A stretch of 47,690 nt of DNA, taken from NCBI GenBank assembly GCA_019306185.1, contig JAFDMD010000002.1:1-47690 (forward strand). The letters are read 5' to 3'. A program made the translations under genes and the position numbers. The DNA comes from Deltaproteobacteria bacterium (lineage in GTDB: Bacteria > Desulfobacterota > Desulfobacteria > Desulfobacterales > JAFDMD01). Each line of letters starts with the position of its first letter. The stretch's first letter is position 1. Below the pieces are notes generated by a model, which saw nothing but the letters and a program-made list of their open reading frames with translations, was not told the origin of the DNA and searched no databases. This document shows, one piece after another, positions 27,813 to 38,501 of the stretch.

Positions 27813-28718
27813 ATGGAACTCGAATATAGTAAAAAAGAGAAATTAGCCGGCATTTTTGTTATCGGCGTTATCGCAATGTTGATTGCCGTTGTAGTAATAA
27901 TAGGCAGAGGCAGAAGCTGGTTTAAATCTTATGTTACTTACTATGCTACATTTAACGAAAGTTATAATCTCAAAGTAAACGGAGACGTTAAACTGTATAA
28001 AGCCGATATAGGAAAGATAAAAAATATTACTCCCGCAGAAAACAGGGTTAAAATAGAGCTTTTGATATTAGAGGAGTTTGCATCTAGAATTAGAGCAGGA
28101 ACAATAGTAACTGTGGAAAGTCCTACTTTTATAGGTTCGGAGTATATATCGGTTTATCCCGGAAACCCGTCCGAAGCCTTGATTGCAGAAAACGGAGTGA
28201 TACCTTCGCGTGAAAAAAAATCTATTGCAGATATTATGGAAGAGTTTCAGATAGAAAAAACTGCAAAGATGCTAATAAAAACAATTCAGGATTTTGCCAA
28301 TGTTGCGCAAACTCTGCAAGATCCGTCCGGTCCTTTTTTTTCGGCTGTTGAAGAATTTAAAGATACTTTTGCAAATCTTCAAAAAATTACAGCAAGCATT
28401 AATAAAGGGAAGGGGACTATAGGAGATTTAATAAACTCGAAAAAAACGATTGATTCGGTAAATAATATAATCGATTCTACAAATGAGGTAATAGATTCCC
28501 TTAAAAGAATAGCGGCAAATATTGAAAAGGGGAGCGAAGATGTTCCGAAAATAACAGACACTACAATGAAAGGTATTGAAGAGATCAGAGAAGGAGTTGA
28601 TAATATAGACAGGCTTGTAAAATCTTTAGAACAAAATTTTTTAATTAAGCGAAATCTTCCGAAAGAAACCAAGGGCGAAAATATAGACGCCGGATTGCGA
28701 GGCGGCTTTATAGATTAG
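27813..28718 (+). CDS. MlaD/MCE-family protein
   Basis: N-terminal TM segment, MCE domain (GKIKNI, IGSEYISVYPG), coiled-coil tail with GKGTIGDLI. Confidence 0.85.
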   Translation: MELEYSKKEKLAGIFVIGVIAMLIAVVVIIGRGRSWFKSYVTYYATFNESYNLKVNGDVKLYKADIGKIKNITPAENRVKIELLILEEFASRIRAGTIVTVESPTFIGSEYISVYPGNPSEALIAENGVIPSREKKSIADIMEEFQIEKTAKMLIKTIQDFANVAQTLQDPSGPFFSAVEEFKDTFANLQKITASINKGKGTIGDLINSKKTIDSVNNIIDSTNEVIDSLKRIAANIEKGSEDVPKITDTTMKGIEEIREGVDNIDRLVKSLEQNFLIKRNLPKETKGENIDAGLRGGFID

Positions 28719-28994
28719 GGTATGATTTTTTACCCCGCCAACACAAGATACCCCCTAATGTAATTATAAAAAGTTGCAGCGAGAGTTTGAAACGATTGAT
28801 AGATTCCGATAATTTTTCCATTGCGAATTTACAATTGCCTATTTTAGGCGTCCGGTTGTCAATCGGATGTTTGCAACTACCTGTCGGACGCTTACAATTA
28901 CCAATTGCAGCTTTGCAACGACGGATTGCAGGCGAAAATTGATAAATCTATTAAACAAACAATTAGAACGTTAAAAATTTATATGAACAGGTAA

Positions 28995-29252
28995 GCGAAA
29001 CTGCCGAATATTGCTATAAAGTTACCAAAGAATAAAGCCCTTCTTGCAAAAGTAGGTTTAACCCCTCGCGCGGAAAAAAAGCCTGTGGAACTCCCGGGAC
29101 GATGCCGCTATTTTATCGTAGTAAAGCAGGAAATAGAAAAAGCGGCGTTTAAATGGAAGCATCCAGTATCCGGCGGACAAATAAGAGCATATATAATACA
29201 GCATAAAGAATTCGAAGCGCCGGCAGACAATATTACAAGCCGGAATCCTTGA
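28995..29252 (+). pseudogene. Startless remnant resembling a fibronectin-III-domain protein
   Basis: Open frame ALLAKVGLTPRAEKKPVELPGRCR...FKWKHPVSGGQIRAYII (W-x-x-P...GG...Y pattern) with no ATG. Confidence 0.35.
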
Positions 29253-29527
29253 GGAAAAATTTGCTTCATATGAAGACGCCTTTTCGCTTTACGCCTTTTT
29301 GCTTGATTACAATGGCAGTCAAATAATTTTACAATTTATATATGTTCCGGAAGATGACTCGATAAATTTTTATACTCCTGCAAGTTTAAGTTTGGCGGAC
29401 GTCGTAAACACTATATTAGGTATGTCTCAAATGCCCGATATGGCTATAGCTTCTCCGTATAACTTTTTATAACAACAATTCAAAATTATGGTTTTCGATT
29501 GTTGATAAGAGTTATAATTATCAGAAT

Positions 29528-30082
29528 ATGAAAGAAAATATTGAAACAATAGGATTTGATACAAATATATTTGATAATCTTTTAATCAGCGTAGCCTATT
29601 CAAACGGAGATATAACAACCGATAGTATAGAAATAGAAAAGTCTGTATATTCCTTGTATGGAAAATTAAGATACGGTAATTTTAGCTTTTATGATGTTAT
29701 TTCTATTGATAGAAATAAAGGTTTAGTATCCGTTGATAATATATCCAATTATATAGAAGCCGATTATGTAATAGATTTCGGTAGGTTTAAGTTAATACCC
29801 AAAATAAATTTATCAACAATATACAATTCGGATAGTTATATTATACTTGCGGATACAAGCATTAAATTCAGAGCGAATATAACGAATAACTTGGAGTTGA
29901 CTAATGGAATAAAATTTTCCGATGTTATTAAAAACAAAGGAACAACAGGAGATTTTTTTAATAATGTAATAACAAACGAAACAGGTTTGAATTTTAGGTA
30001 TAAAAAAATAACTTTAGGCTTAATATACGGCTTTCCAAACGGCGGAGCGAACTCTTCTGACCGGATAGGATTTAATTTATAA
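29528..30082 (+). CDS. Probable C-terminal fragment of an outer-membrane beta-barrel protein
   Basis: Alternating amphipathic strands ending IGFNL, no signal peptide, broken upstream frames. Confidence 0.45.
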   Translation: MKENIETIGFDTNIFDNLLISVAYSNGDITTDSIEIEKSVYSLYGKLRYGNFSFYDVISIDRNKGLVSVDNISNYIEADYVIDFGRFKLIPKINLSTIYNSDSYIILADTSIKFRANITNNLELTNGIKFSDVIKNKGTTGDFFNNVITNETGLNFRYKKITLGLIYGFPNGGANSSDRIGFNL

Positions 30083-30190
30083 TTTTTAAATGGTTCCTAA
30101 TAAGCCCCGATTTATTTTAACTCTTAAATTATTATCGGTTGATGCCGTATGAATTCTTTAAGTCTGATTTTGATTAAGTAAGTAAGAGCG

Positions 30191-30218
30191 TTGCATAACA
30201 AAATACCTTGTTATGCAA
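30191..30218. repeat. Family A mini-copy (collapsed hairpin)
   Basis: TTGCATAACAA-aatacc-TTGTTATGCAA. A similar mini-copy lies at 26865-26892, and half copies at about 12773-12820 and 39545-39598. Confidence 0.7.
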
Positions 30219-31923
30219 GAGGATTGATTTTATTTATTACGGATAATAACTTTTTGTTATCGGTTTTGTCTATGTTTGAATGCAGGCTTTTTAACGCCGC
30301 CGGTATGTAGCGTTTAAAGTTTGTTTTTCCTTTTAAGGTTAAAAACCCGAAAGCCCCGAGTATTTGCAGGTTTCTTGTTATTAAGCAGGCTTTGAAACAT
30401 TTTAGAAATTTTTCTTTGTTAAATTCGGCATAGTTTAAAAGTTGTTTTACCGTATAATTAAATAGTATTTTTTGTATGCCGCGGGAAAGATTAACGTAAG
30501 GGTCTATTAATAAAGACGCCAAATCGTATTCTATGGGTCCTATTTTTGCGGATTGAAAATCTATGAAATATATTTTGTTTTTATAGATCATAATGTTTGC
30601 AGACTGCATGTCTCTGTGCATTAATCCGAATAATGCGGAATTTGTCGCGTTATCCGCGAGGTTGTTAAACTCTTTGGCAAAATCCGAATATGTAAGTTGA
30701 AGTTTTAAATAACCGTTTAAAAAGGAATCGGTAAAATATCGGCATTCTTTATCGAGTATAAGGTTTTTATTGTAATAAGGCGTTTGAAAGCATAGCGTTG
30801 TATTGAAGTTTTCTTTTCCTTTTATACAAAAGGTTATAAGTAGATTTATTACTTTTTTATATAATGAAATTATTTTATTGATGTTGTTTTCTTTTACTAT
30901 GATATCTTTCAGACGGATATCTCCGAGGTCTTCGGAAAATACAAAGCCGGCGATTGTATCGTAAGCGGCTATTTCGGGAACGGGGATTTGTTTTTGATGA
31001 AGATATTTTCCTATTTTAACAAAGGAATTTGTTTGAGATGAATTTGTATTTATATTTATTGTATCTTCCGCCGCAATTATGCTTTTTTCGCCTTTTGCAG
31101 ATACTCTGCGCCATGTTCTGTCCGAGCCGTCTCCTTTTAATTTTTCAACCGTAATATTTTTTAAAGGGGTTTTAAAAACGGATTGCGTTAAGGTATTGAA
31201 AACCGCTTTTTTATAAGATTGCGGAGTTCCTATGTCTTGCCAGTAATTTTTTGTTATAAAAGCTTTTATGGGTTTTTGTAAGGTTATAAGCTTTTGAAAG
31301 GTTTCTATAAGCCCTATGGCTTTGTTACTCGGTATTGTTTTTATTATTTGCGGATTTATTACGCTTATTCCGGTATATGTAAAAAGCTTCCGGTTGTCCG
31401 CGTTTTTATTTTGCCCGTTTTTTTTGTTATGCAAGGGTTTTATCGGTTTGTTTTGCAGGTTGTTTGAACGGAAGTTTTTTATAAAATGGTTTTTATCTAT
31501 TGTTACTTTGTTGAACTGCGGACAGTCGCGCATAACAGCGGTAACTAAAAAGGGATGGGTTTTGTGGAAGTTGTAAACTTGTTTTATGTCTATGTCGGTT
31601 ATTATGTCTGCATTTATTGTTAAAAAGGGGGAGTCGTTTAAAAATTTTGCAGCGTTTTTTATTGCTCCGGCGGTGTCTAACGGTTGCGGTTCGTATAATA
31701 TGTTTATTTTTACCGGATAGCGTTTGGATAGTATGTAGCTTTTTATTTGTAGCGCAAGGTGATGGGTATTTATAATTAGTTCCGTAAAGCCTGCGTTTAT
31801 AAGTTTGTTTACGGTGATGTCTATAATCGGGGTATTTTGTATGGTAAAAAGCGGTTTTGGCAAGGCGTTTGTATGGGGACGAAGCCTTGTTCCGTAACCT
31901 GCGGCAAATATTAAGGCTTTCAT
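30211..31923 (-). CDS. Fused sugar-phosphate nucleotidyltransferase (MurU-like) and AmgK-like phosphotransferase
   Basis: N-terminal FAAGYGTRLRP..PKPL, DTAGA, WQDIGT; C-terminal GDGSDR, EDLGD, HRDMQSAN, IDFQ, YDLASLL. Confidence 0.85.
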   Translation of the reverse strand: MKALIFAAGYGTRLRPHTNALPKPLFTIQNTPIIDITVNKLINAGFTELIINTHHLALQIKSYILSKRYPVKINILYEPQPLDTAGAIKNAAKFLNDSPFLTINADIITDIDIKQVYNFHKTHPFLVTAVMRDCPQFNKVTIDKNHFIKNFRSNNLQNKPIKPLHNKKNGQNKNADNRKLFTYTGISVINPQIIKTIPSNKAIGLIETFQKLITLQKPIKAFITKNYWQDIGTPQSYKKAVFNTLTQSVFKTPLKNITVEKLKGDGSDRTWRRVSAKGEKSIIAAEDTININTNSSQTNSFVKIGKYLHQKQIPVPEIAAYDTIAGFVFSEDLGDIRLKDIIVKENNINKIISLYKKVINLLITFCIKGKENFNTTLCFQTPYYNKNLILDKECRYFTDSFLNGYLKLQLTYSDFAKEFNNLADNATNSALFGLMHRDMQSANIMIYKNKIYFIDFQSAKIGPIEYDLASLLIDPYVNLSRGIQKILFNYTVKQLLNYAEFNKEKFLKCFKACLITRNLQILGAFGFLTLKGKTNFKRYIPAALKSLHSNIDKTDNKKLLSVINKINPLA

Positions 31924-31968
31924 AGGTTTTTTCCCTTTTAACTCGAATAAGATTTATTTTTTTGGGAT

Positions 31969-32912
31969 TTAATCCGAAATGATTTGTTTATATTGTATAA
32001 AAACAGGTTGTAATAGTTTTTCCAAATCCTTAAAAATTTCCGAAGATTGATTGTCTCTTAAATTTTTTAGTATGTCTTTTTTAAATGCCTCTATATTGAA
32101 GTTTTTAATTTCTAATTTTTCCATTAATGTATTGCAAAGCTTGTTAAAAGCCTCTTTTCCTCTGAAATTTTGATTGGCGAATTCAAATAGATTATTATCT
32201 TTTAAGTTATTCCATTTAAAATACTTCGTAATATCATCAAAAAGCTGTTCCGGGCTGCATAATTGATCGATTTCGGCTTGTAAGCCTGCGGCGGTATTGC
32301 AAAACCAGTTTTTGATTTGTTCGAGGCTTTCCTTTACTAAGTTATTTGGAACGCCGATTTTAGGATATATTATTTTATACGTATTAGACAAATTAAACTT
32401 TAGGCATTCTCGAAATTCTTCATCTATAACTAATTTATAATAGTTTTTTAAAATATCTTCTATTGATATTTTATCCGCTTTTTTGTCTTTGTTTTTATAT
32501 GGCTTGTTTCCATTGGATTTATCAGGAAGCAGGTTTATTAAGTCTGCAATAAGTTTGGATTCTACAAGCAGATAATTTTCCCATTCATGCCCGCGCCAAT
32601 ATAATATATTAGGTTTTTTATTTTTGATAAGAGTTTTGTCGTTGTCCGCCTTTTTTCTATTGTTTTAAAGGGTCTGTAATCTCTGTCTGATATGGCTATT
32701 ATCGGTATTTTTTGATGCAGTTTGGAATGAAGGTATATTCTGCGGGCAAAGATATTAAATGACGAGGCGCTTCCCGTATCAAACAGATTAAAATTAACTT
32801 CAAAAGAATTTTTATCAATTATATTTTTGATAGCGGATTCAAAAAAAACCAATTCCGGACTATTCGGCTCTCCTTCAACCAGAATATACAGATTGTTTTT
32901 AGATACTTTCAT
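31969..32912 (-). pseudogene. DUF4435/TOPRIM-like nuclease split by one frameshift
   Basis: ILVEGEPNSPE and ISDRDY in the first frame. After the A6 run at 32651-32656 a shifted frame gives YWRGHEWENYLL and runs open into the 31969-32391 ORF. Confidence 0.75.
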
Positions 32913-33975
32913 CCAAATCTCCCAAATCTATAATTTCGTCGTCAAAAAAGAGCTGTTTTACAAACTGAGAATGGGTTGTAAAAACATATTGATTGTTTAA
33001 AGAATCGTTTCTTAATGTTTCTATAAGTTTTCTTTGCCACGCAGGATGAAGATGAAGCTCTATCTCGTCAATAAGAACTATTGAGTTTTCGGCTGTTTCG
33101 GCTATTAATCCTACTAATATTCTTAATATTTGATGTTCGCCGGAGCTCATTTGAGCCAGATCGTATTCAACCCCGTTTTTTCTGATAATAAGAGTATCTA
33201 TATCGGGTCCGGATTCGATTCCTATAAGTTCGGCGGGATAACAGATTTTATCGAATAATCTTTCAATCCTGCTCCAATAAGATTCTCCGTATTTTTCTTG
33301 ATTCCATGTTTGATTTCTTTGACGGTATATATTAAGCCAAGACAGCACATCGTCGTAAGGCAGATGCAATTCCTCTTTTTCGACGGAATAGCTTTTGGTA
33401 ATTCTAAAGGAGCGTCTTTGATCTAAATAGCAGACGCTTCCTATTTTTTCAAATATGCTTTTTCCTATAAAATTTTCCGCTACTCCTTTTCTTGCGTTTC
33501 CTCTTGCGCCTATTACCTTCGCGGCATTTCGGGGAGAGGTAAATGCTGAAAAAGGTTTTTTGTAGGTTTTATTAGGGTTTGGAAACTGCCATTTTATATT
33601 TGAAGGTATATCAAGAGGAGGTGTTTTATCTTTAAAAGAAAAAGGAGTATTCCATCGAAGCGCTTTATATACTTCATTGATAGCCTCCGCTTCTTTTAAA
33701 TCAATACCGGAAGAAAAATTAATTTCAGCGATATTTCCTCTTCCTTTTACTATTTGTTGAGCTGAAAATTCCAGTCCTTCGCGCAGTCTCGGATTATAAG
33801 GGTCTTCCAATGTGCGGACTACGATATGAATGGCGTCTAAAACAGAGGTTTTTCCGCTTCCGTTGGGTCCTACAATTAAGGTTACGGTTCTCGGCTTGGA
33901 AAAATTGTCTGTAAAATCGAAAGCGCCGGATTCTATCGCTCTAAAGTTTTTAATTGTAATAGAATGTAGTTTCAT
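32899..33975 (-). CDS. ABC/AAA_15-21-type ATPase (defence-associated)
   Basis: IKNFRAI, GPNGSGKT, MSSGE, LIDEIELHLHPAWQ, TTHS. Confidence 0.88.
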   Translation of the reverse strand: MKLHSITIKNFRAIESGAFDFTDNFSKPRTVTLIVGPNGSGKTSVLDAIHIVVRTLEDPYNPRLREGLEFSAQQIVKGRGNIAEINFSSGIDLKEAEAINEVYKALRWNTPFSFKDKTPPLDIPSNIKWQFPNPNKTYKKPFSAFTSPRNAAKVIGARGNARKGVAENFIGKSIFEKIGSVCYLDQRRSFRITKSYSVEKEELHLPYDDVLSWLNIYRQRNQTWNQEKYGESYWSRIERLFDKICYPAELIGIESGPDIDTLIIRKNGVEYDLAQMSSGEHQILRILVGLIAETAENSIVLIDEIELHLHPAWQRKLIETLRNDSLNNQYVFTTHSQFVKQLFFDDEIIDLGDLDESI

Positions 33976-34025
33976 AATTATATTCTTTTTATGTAATTAT
34001 AGGTATAGGCGTTTTTATAAGAAAA

Positions 34026-36632
34026 TTATTTTGTAACAGCTTCTATAAATGTTGTTATTTTTTGTTGATGGATTAAGATTTTGTCCTTATCCGCATTTAT
34101 TTTGTTTATGCCGTGATAAGCAAAATAATCCAAAGCGTTTTTATAGTTGATAACGGAAAGGGCTTCGGGTAGTTTTATTTTTTTTGTTTTATATTGGTTA
34201 TTGCCGAAAGTCTGTATTTTTTTTAATAAAACTTTTGTCGAGTAGTTTTTATTATTATGATTTTTTAAAAAGAGTAGAACTATTAAGTAGGATTCAAAGA
34301 ATTTTTTTATAAAAGAAGCGTAATGTTTAAGCTTTGTTATTCCTGAAGGGGATACTCGGTATTCGTCTTTGTTTGTATTTGACGCGGTTATTATTTTTTC
34401 TTTTACAAAAGCCGCTATTGTTTTTTCTATAAAATATCTCGGCGCTTTTTTCTGATCGTAAGTAAATTCGTTTTTTAAGAATTCTTTTAAAACGAGATAG
34501 GTTTTTTCAAGATTTGCGGCAAAAAAGGTAAAGTCGTCGCATAGTAGTATGGCTGTCGCTGTATATGCGGCGGGTATAAAGAAGTATGTGCAGTTATTTC
34601 TGTAATAATCAAGAATTTGCCTTTTTTCTGTATTTACCGTATATTCCGATATGTTTTTGTCTGGCGGTTTTTCTATTAATTTTCTATTCTCGTAAGATGT
34701 TAAACTGTTTTTGATGCTATTTCGGTAGTCTTTTGTTAATGTATCTGCAAGGCTTGCGTTAAATAGGTTAAGATAATTGCAATAGCTTTGAATGTGGTCT
34801 GTTATTGTTTTGTAGGTTAAAACTTCTTGGGAATGGTTTAATATTGCGCTTGCAACAAGAGCCTGCGGAGTTATAACGGACGACTCGTCTATTGAATTTA
34901 AAATTTTATAGCTTATGGTTTTGCATAATGTGTCGCGTTGTTTTGTATTTGTATTTTTTATATTTGATCCGGATTCTCTTAAAAACTCGTTTAAGGAGAT
35001 AGGCTCCGGAAATTTCATGTAGATTTTTCCGTATTTTTTTTTTAAAATTTTTCTTGCGCCTATAATTTGTTTGATGGTTTCCGGCTTTTTTTCCGCGCCT
35101 TCCATTTCTTTTATATATTCTTTTTCTTCAATAACTCTGTCGTAGCCTATAGATACGGGGGCGAATATTAAGTCGTCGCAAGCCCCTTTTGCATAAGCGT
35201 TAAGAAGCATATTCATAAATCCGAGTTTCGGTTTTAATAATTTTCCGGTTCTGCTTCTTGTGCCTTCTATAAAAACCTCTATGTTGCCTCCTTCTTCAAG
35301 CAGGTTGTAAACATATTCTTCGAATACTTTTGAATATAGGGCGGCGCCTTTAAAGGTTCGTCTTATAAAAAACGCGCCTCCTCTTCGGAATAAAGCGCCA
35401 AAGGGCCAAAAGGACATATTTTTACCTGCGGCTATGTGCGGAAGATAGAGTCTGTTTAAATAGATTGTAAAGTATAATACCATATAATCTATATGACTTT
35501 TATGACACGGTATGAATATAATAGGACCTTTTTTAGACATCTCTTTAAGTTTTGCAATTTGCGCGGGATCGGCTTTGAATTCTTCGAACATTAAATTAAG
35601 AATAAATTTTAATATCGGCATTACAAGTCTTATTACGGCAAAATTATGCTTTGAAGCTATTTCGTCCAAATAAGCGCCGGCTTTTTTATATATTGAAGAT
35701 ACCGGCTTTTTGCCGGAGCCGGTTTTGTCTTTCATGTAATTCATTAAGCTTGCTTTTGTAAGGATGTTTTGTTTTATCTCTTCATAAGATTTTATTATGG
35801 GTCCCGTTACTCCTTGTCTGTGTCTGTTGATCTGTTTTATAAGGATTGTTCTTATGTTATGCGTAAGTTCTCGGGTTTGTTTATTTATGTTTTCCGGTTT
35901 GTTTAAAAACTCTTTAAGGTTGAAGGGCGCGGATATTTCCATAAAGATTTTTCCGGGGTTTTTAAATAAGGTTATTGTTCTTCTTATAATGCCCGGTTTT
36001 TCTTCGGAGCCGAACAGGGCGTCTATAAGTTTATAATGACTTTTATGGGGGTTTTTGCTAAAAAAGGTAAGATGCGGAACGATATATATGGTTTTGTCTG
36101 TCTGCCTTTGTATGTTTATCAGATATGTTACGGGGCATGTTTGTTCTTTGACAAATTTGTTATTAAACCATTGTTTTTCTATTAAAGGGAATAGCCCTGT
36201 GTTGTTTTTTAAAATAGATTCTTTTATATAACCGCTTTTATACGGGTTTTTAAAAGAGAGGTTTTTATAAAAATAATGGGACGCGGCTATAAAAGTTTTA
36301 AATATTTTTGACGCCGGCTGCCATAAAAATATTTTAAACCCGAAGGCAAGCGTCGGAACGGGAAGCTTTTCTTTTTTATATTTTGTATATAGAAAAAGGT
36401 ATTCAAAGAAGTTTTTATATTTTACGGTATATATAACTATGCTGTCTCGAGATAATCGCTTTAAAGAATTTGTTTCTTCTTTATTTGTTTTTATTCCTCT
36501 GTAAAAGGTATTTAATATATAGGAAGCAAAAGAACCTATATTTTCCGGCAGATAACATAAAAAGTAGTTATCGGGCTCGTTTAAAACTTTATCTATCCAA
36601 AGCCGGATTTTTTTTTTAAATTCCGAAAGCAT
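34026..36632 (-). CDS. plsB: Glycerol-3-phosphate acyltransferase
   Basis: PCHKSHIDY (HxxxxD), GAFFIRR, FIEGTRSRTGK. Confidence 0.88.
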   Translation of the reverse strand: MLSEFKKKIRLWIDKVLNEPDNYFLCYLPENIGSFASYILNTFYRGIKTNKEETNSLKRLSRDSIVIYTVKYKNFFEYLFLYTKYKKEKLPVPTLAFGFKIFLWQPASKIFKTFIAASHYFYKNLSFKNPYKSGYIKESILKNNTGLFPLIEKQWFNNKFVKEQTCPVTYLINIQRQTDKTIYIVPHLTFFSKNPHKSHYKLIDALFGSEEKPGIIRRTITLFKNPGKIFMEISAPFNLKEFLNKPENINKQTRELTHNIRTILIKQINRHRQGVTGPIIKSYEEIKQNILTKASLMNYMKDKTGSGKKPVSSIYKKAGAYLDEIASKHNFAVIRLVMPILKFILNLMFEEFKADPAQIAKLKEMSKKGPIIFIPCHKSHIDYMVLYFTIYLNRLYLPHIAAGKNMSFWPFGALFRRGGAFFIRRTFKGAALYSKVFEEYVYNLLEEGGNIEVFIEGTRSRTGKLLKPKLGFMNMLLNAYAKGACDDLIFAPVSIGYDRVIEEKEYIKEMEGAEKKPETIKQIIGARKILKKKYGKIYMKFPEPISLNEFLRESGSNIKNTNTKQRDTLCKTISYKILNSIDESSVITPQALVASAILNHSQEVLTYKTITDHIQSYCNYLNLFNASLADTLTKDYRNSIKNSLTSYENRKLIEKPPDKNISEYTVNTEKRQILDYYRNNCTYFFIPAAYTATAILLCDDFTFFAANLEKTYLVLKEFLKNEFTYDQKKAPRYFIEKTIAAFVKEKIITASNTNKDEYRVSPSGITKLKHYASFIKKFFESYLIVLLFLKNHNNKNYSTKVLLKKIQTFGNNQYKTKKIKLPEALSVINYKNALDYFAYHGINKINADKDKILIHQQKITTFIEAVTK

Positions 36633-36676
36633 AATTTGTCTCCATAATACGTCGGATTAATCGCGGTTAAGATAAT

Positions 36677-38407
36677 TTACTGGGCGGTTATTAAAAACAG
36701 CTTAATATATCTTGCATCCAAAAGTTTAAAGTTTTCAATATATTTATACTCTTCTTCCAATTCGTCAAACAGCTCTTTTAATATTTCCGCCAGTCCTATG
36801 CTTATATCCGCTTTGGTTTTAAAAGCTTTTAAAATAACTTCCGATAAAAAATCTTGTTTTGCGCTTTTTTTTATTTGGTTTGTTTTATTATTATTTTTTT
36901 CAAATATTGTATTTAAAAATTTTATTAACTCCTCTTTTGTAAGCGGGGTTAGTAATTTTTCTTTTTTAACCCAAAAGGTTAAAAGTATATTTTTATAATT
37001 AATAAAGGTAGCAAAGCTTGTTTTTTTTATTTCATCTGTTTGTATATCAAGCTTTTTTAAAAATATATCCGCAATAATCGCTTTATTCAACTTTTTTTCG
37101 GCGTTTTGTATTTCTTTTTGCGAAGCAAAATTTTTGTAAAGACTGCCGTTTTTATAATTATCAAAAAAAAGAGGTTTATCAAGTAGAAGTCCTCCGCATA
37201 CTCCTGCAAGTTTTTCGTCTAAAAAGCTTAAAGAGAATTTGTTTTTTTTAAAGAAGCTTTCTTTAACAAATTTTTCGGCTTTTCTTTTAAGAGATAATAC
37301 GGGTTGATAACCGAATCGAAAAATATCCGCTAGCATATATTTTTGTATAATGTCCGCGCAAAACTCATCTTTGGTTTTTCGCGTCGGGTTTTCTTTTTTA
37401 TAAGAAGCTTCCAAACTTATATTTAAATATCCGCGCGCTTTTTCAATGAATTGGTTAAGCTCTTTTTTGTTTTTTATGATTTTTTTATCCGCAGATATTA
37501 TCTGATTGCATAAGGAGGCAAATTCATAATATATGCCGGAAATTATATCCGGGTTTTTTATAAGATTAACCGCCGTCGCAAAAAGGTCTTTTTGTTTTGT
37601 ATGTTTGAAAAAGATTTTCGGCAGGTCTGTTAATTTTGTTTCCGTTTGTTTGAAAAAGATTTTTTTTTCTTTTTTTTTAAAAATTTCATAAGTTAAAGGC
37701 TGATATATCCCTACGGCTTCGTAGTATGGAACAAAACCTTTTTCCGCAAGCCGGATATTTTTTATTCTAAAAAGTTCTTCTTCAATTTCCGAAGATATTA
37801 CGGCGGAGGATGTAAATAGAAGGTTTTGCAATAGATAATAATCGTAATTTGCTATATCTTGTAAAAAGTTTTTTATAAATTTTTCCGCCTGTTCGTCTTT
37901 TTGTTCGTAGAGAGATTTTATTTTGATATAAAAGGTATCGTCAAAAGTAAAAAAATCATCGTCAAAATCGGACGGATCCATATTTTTGTCTCTTATTCCT
38001 ATGCTTATAAAACGATTTAATATAAAATTAAGCAGGTCTTTTTTTTCTTCCGGCTCTTCTTTAAAAAACCAGTTTACAAGTCTTTTGGGAGCCGCCGTTT
38101 TAAAAACTTTAAGCCAGTTTAAAGCGGCGTTAAAATCGAATCTGTCTTTATTCCAAGATTCTATGTCTAGAATGTATGTAAGTTGTTTTGAAGATGCCAT
38201 AGCAATAATAGGAAGAGCGTCTTGTATGCCGATTTCGTGTATTAATAAATGAAGGTCGTCTTCGCAAAAGGAGTGAATTAACGGCGCCGCCTCGTTATCG
38301 TTTATGATTGCGTCAAGGGCTTGTTCCGGCGTTAAAGCGAGAATTTTTTCTCTTTTTACTTTAAGTTTTTCAATTATTTTATTGTGATTTAACAGTGATT
38401 TTTTCAT
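36677..38407 (-). CDS. DUF6178-like conserved deltaproteobacterial protein
   Basis: 576 aa with EIGIQDA, YILDIESW, EEELFRIKNIRLAEKGF; family name recalled. Confidence 0.7.
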   Translation of the reverse strand: MKKSLLNHNKIIEKLKVKREKILALTPEQALDAIINDNEAAPLIHSFCEDDLHLLIHEIGIQDALPIIAMASSKQLTYILDIESWNKDRFDFNAALNWLKVFKTAAPKRLVNWFFKEEPEEKKDLLNFILNRFISIGIRDKNMDPSDFDDDFFTFDDTFYIKIKSLYEQKDEQAEKFIKNFLQDIANYDYYLLQNLLFTSSAVISSEIEEELFRIKNIRLAEKGFVPYYEAVGIYQPLTYEIFKKKEKKIFFKQTETKLTDLPKIFFKHTKQKDLFATAVNLIKNPDIISGIYYEFASLCNQIISADKKIIKNKKELNQFIEKARGYLNISLEASYKKENPTRKTKDEFCADIIQKYMLADIFRFGYQPVLSLKRKAEKFVKESFFKKNKFSLSFLDEKLAGVCGGLLLDKPLFFDNYKNGSLYKNFASQKEIQNAEKKLNKAIIADIFLKKLDIQTDEIKKTSFATFINYKNILLTFWVKKEKLLTPLTKEELIKFLNTIFEKNNNKTNQIKKSAKQDFLSEVILKAFKTKADISIGLAEILKELFDELEEEYKYIENFKLLDARYIKLFLITAQ

Positions 38408-38501
38408 AAGTTTATTTATAATTTATTTTAATATTTTGTCCCTACGGGATTTTAAATTAATCGAATATTTCGAATTTTGTTAGGGATCAAGTATTTACGG
38501 T

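Noticed and set aside
30191-30218. dif/Xer site (CATAA...TTATG)
   Set aside because: The spacer is 12 bp rather than 6 and there is no TTATGTTAAAT XerD arm. It is better explained as a collapsed family A repeat, as is 26865-26892.
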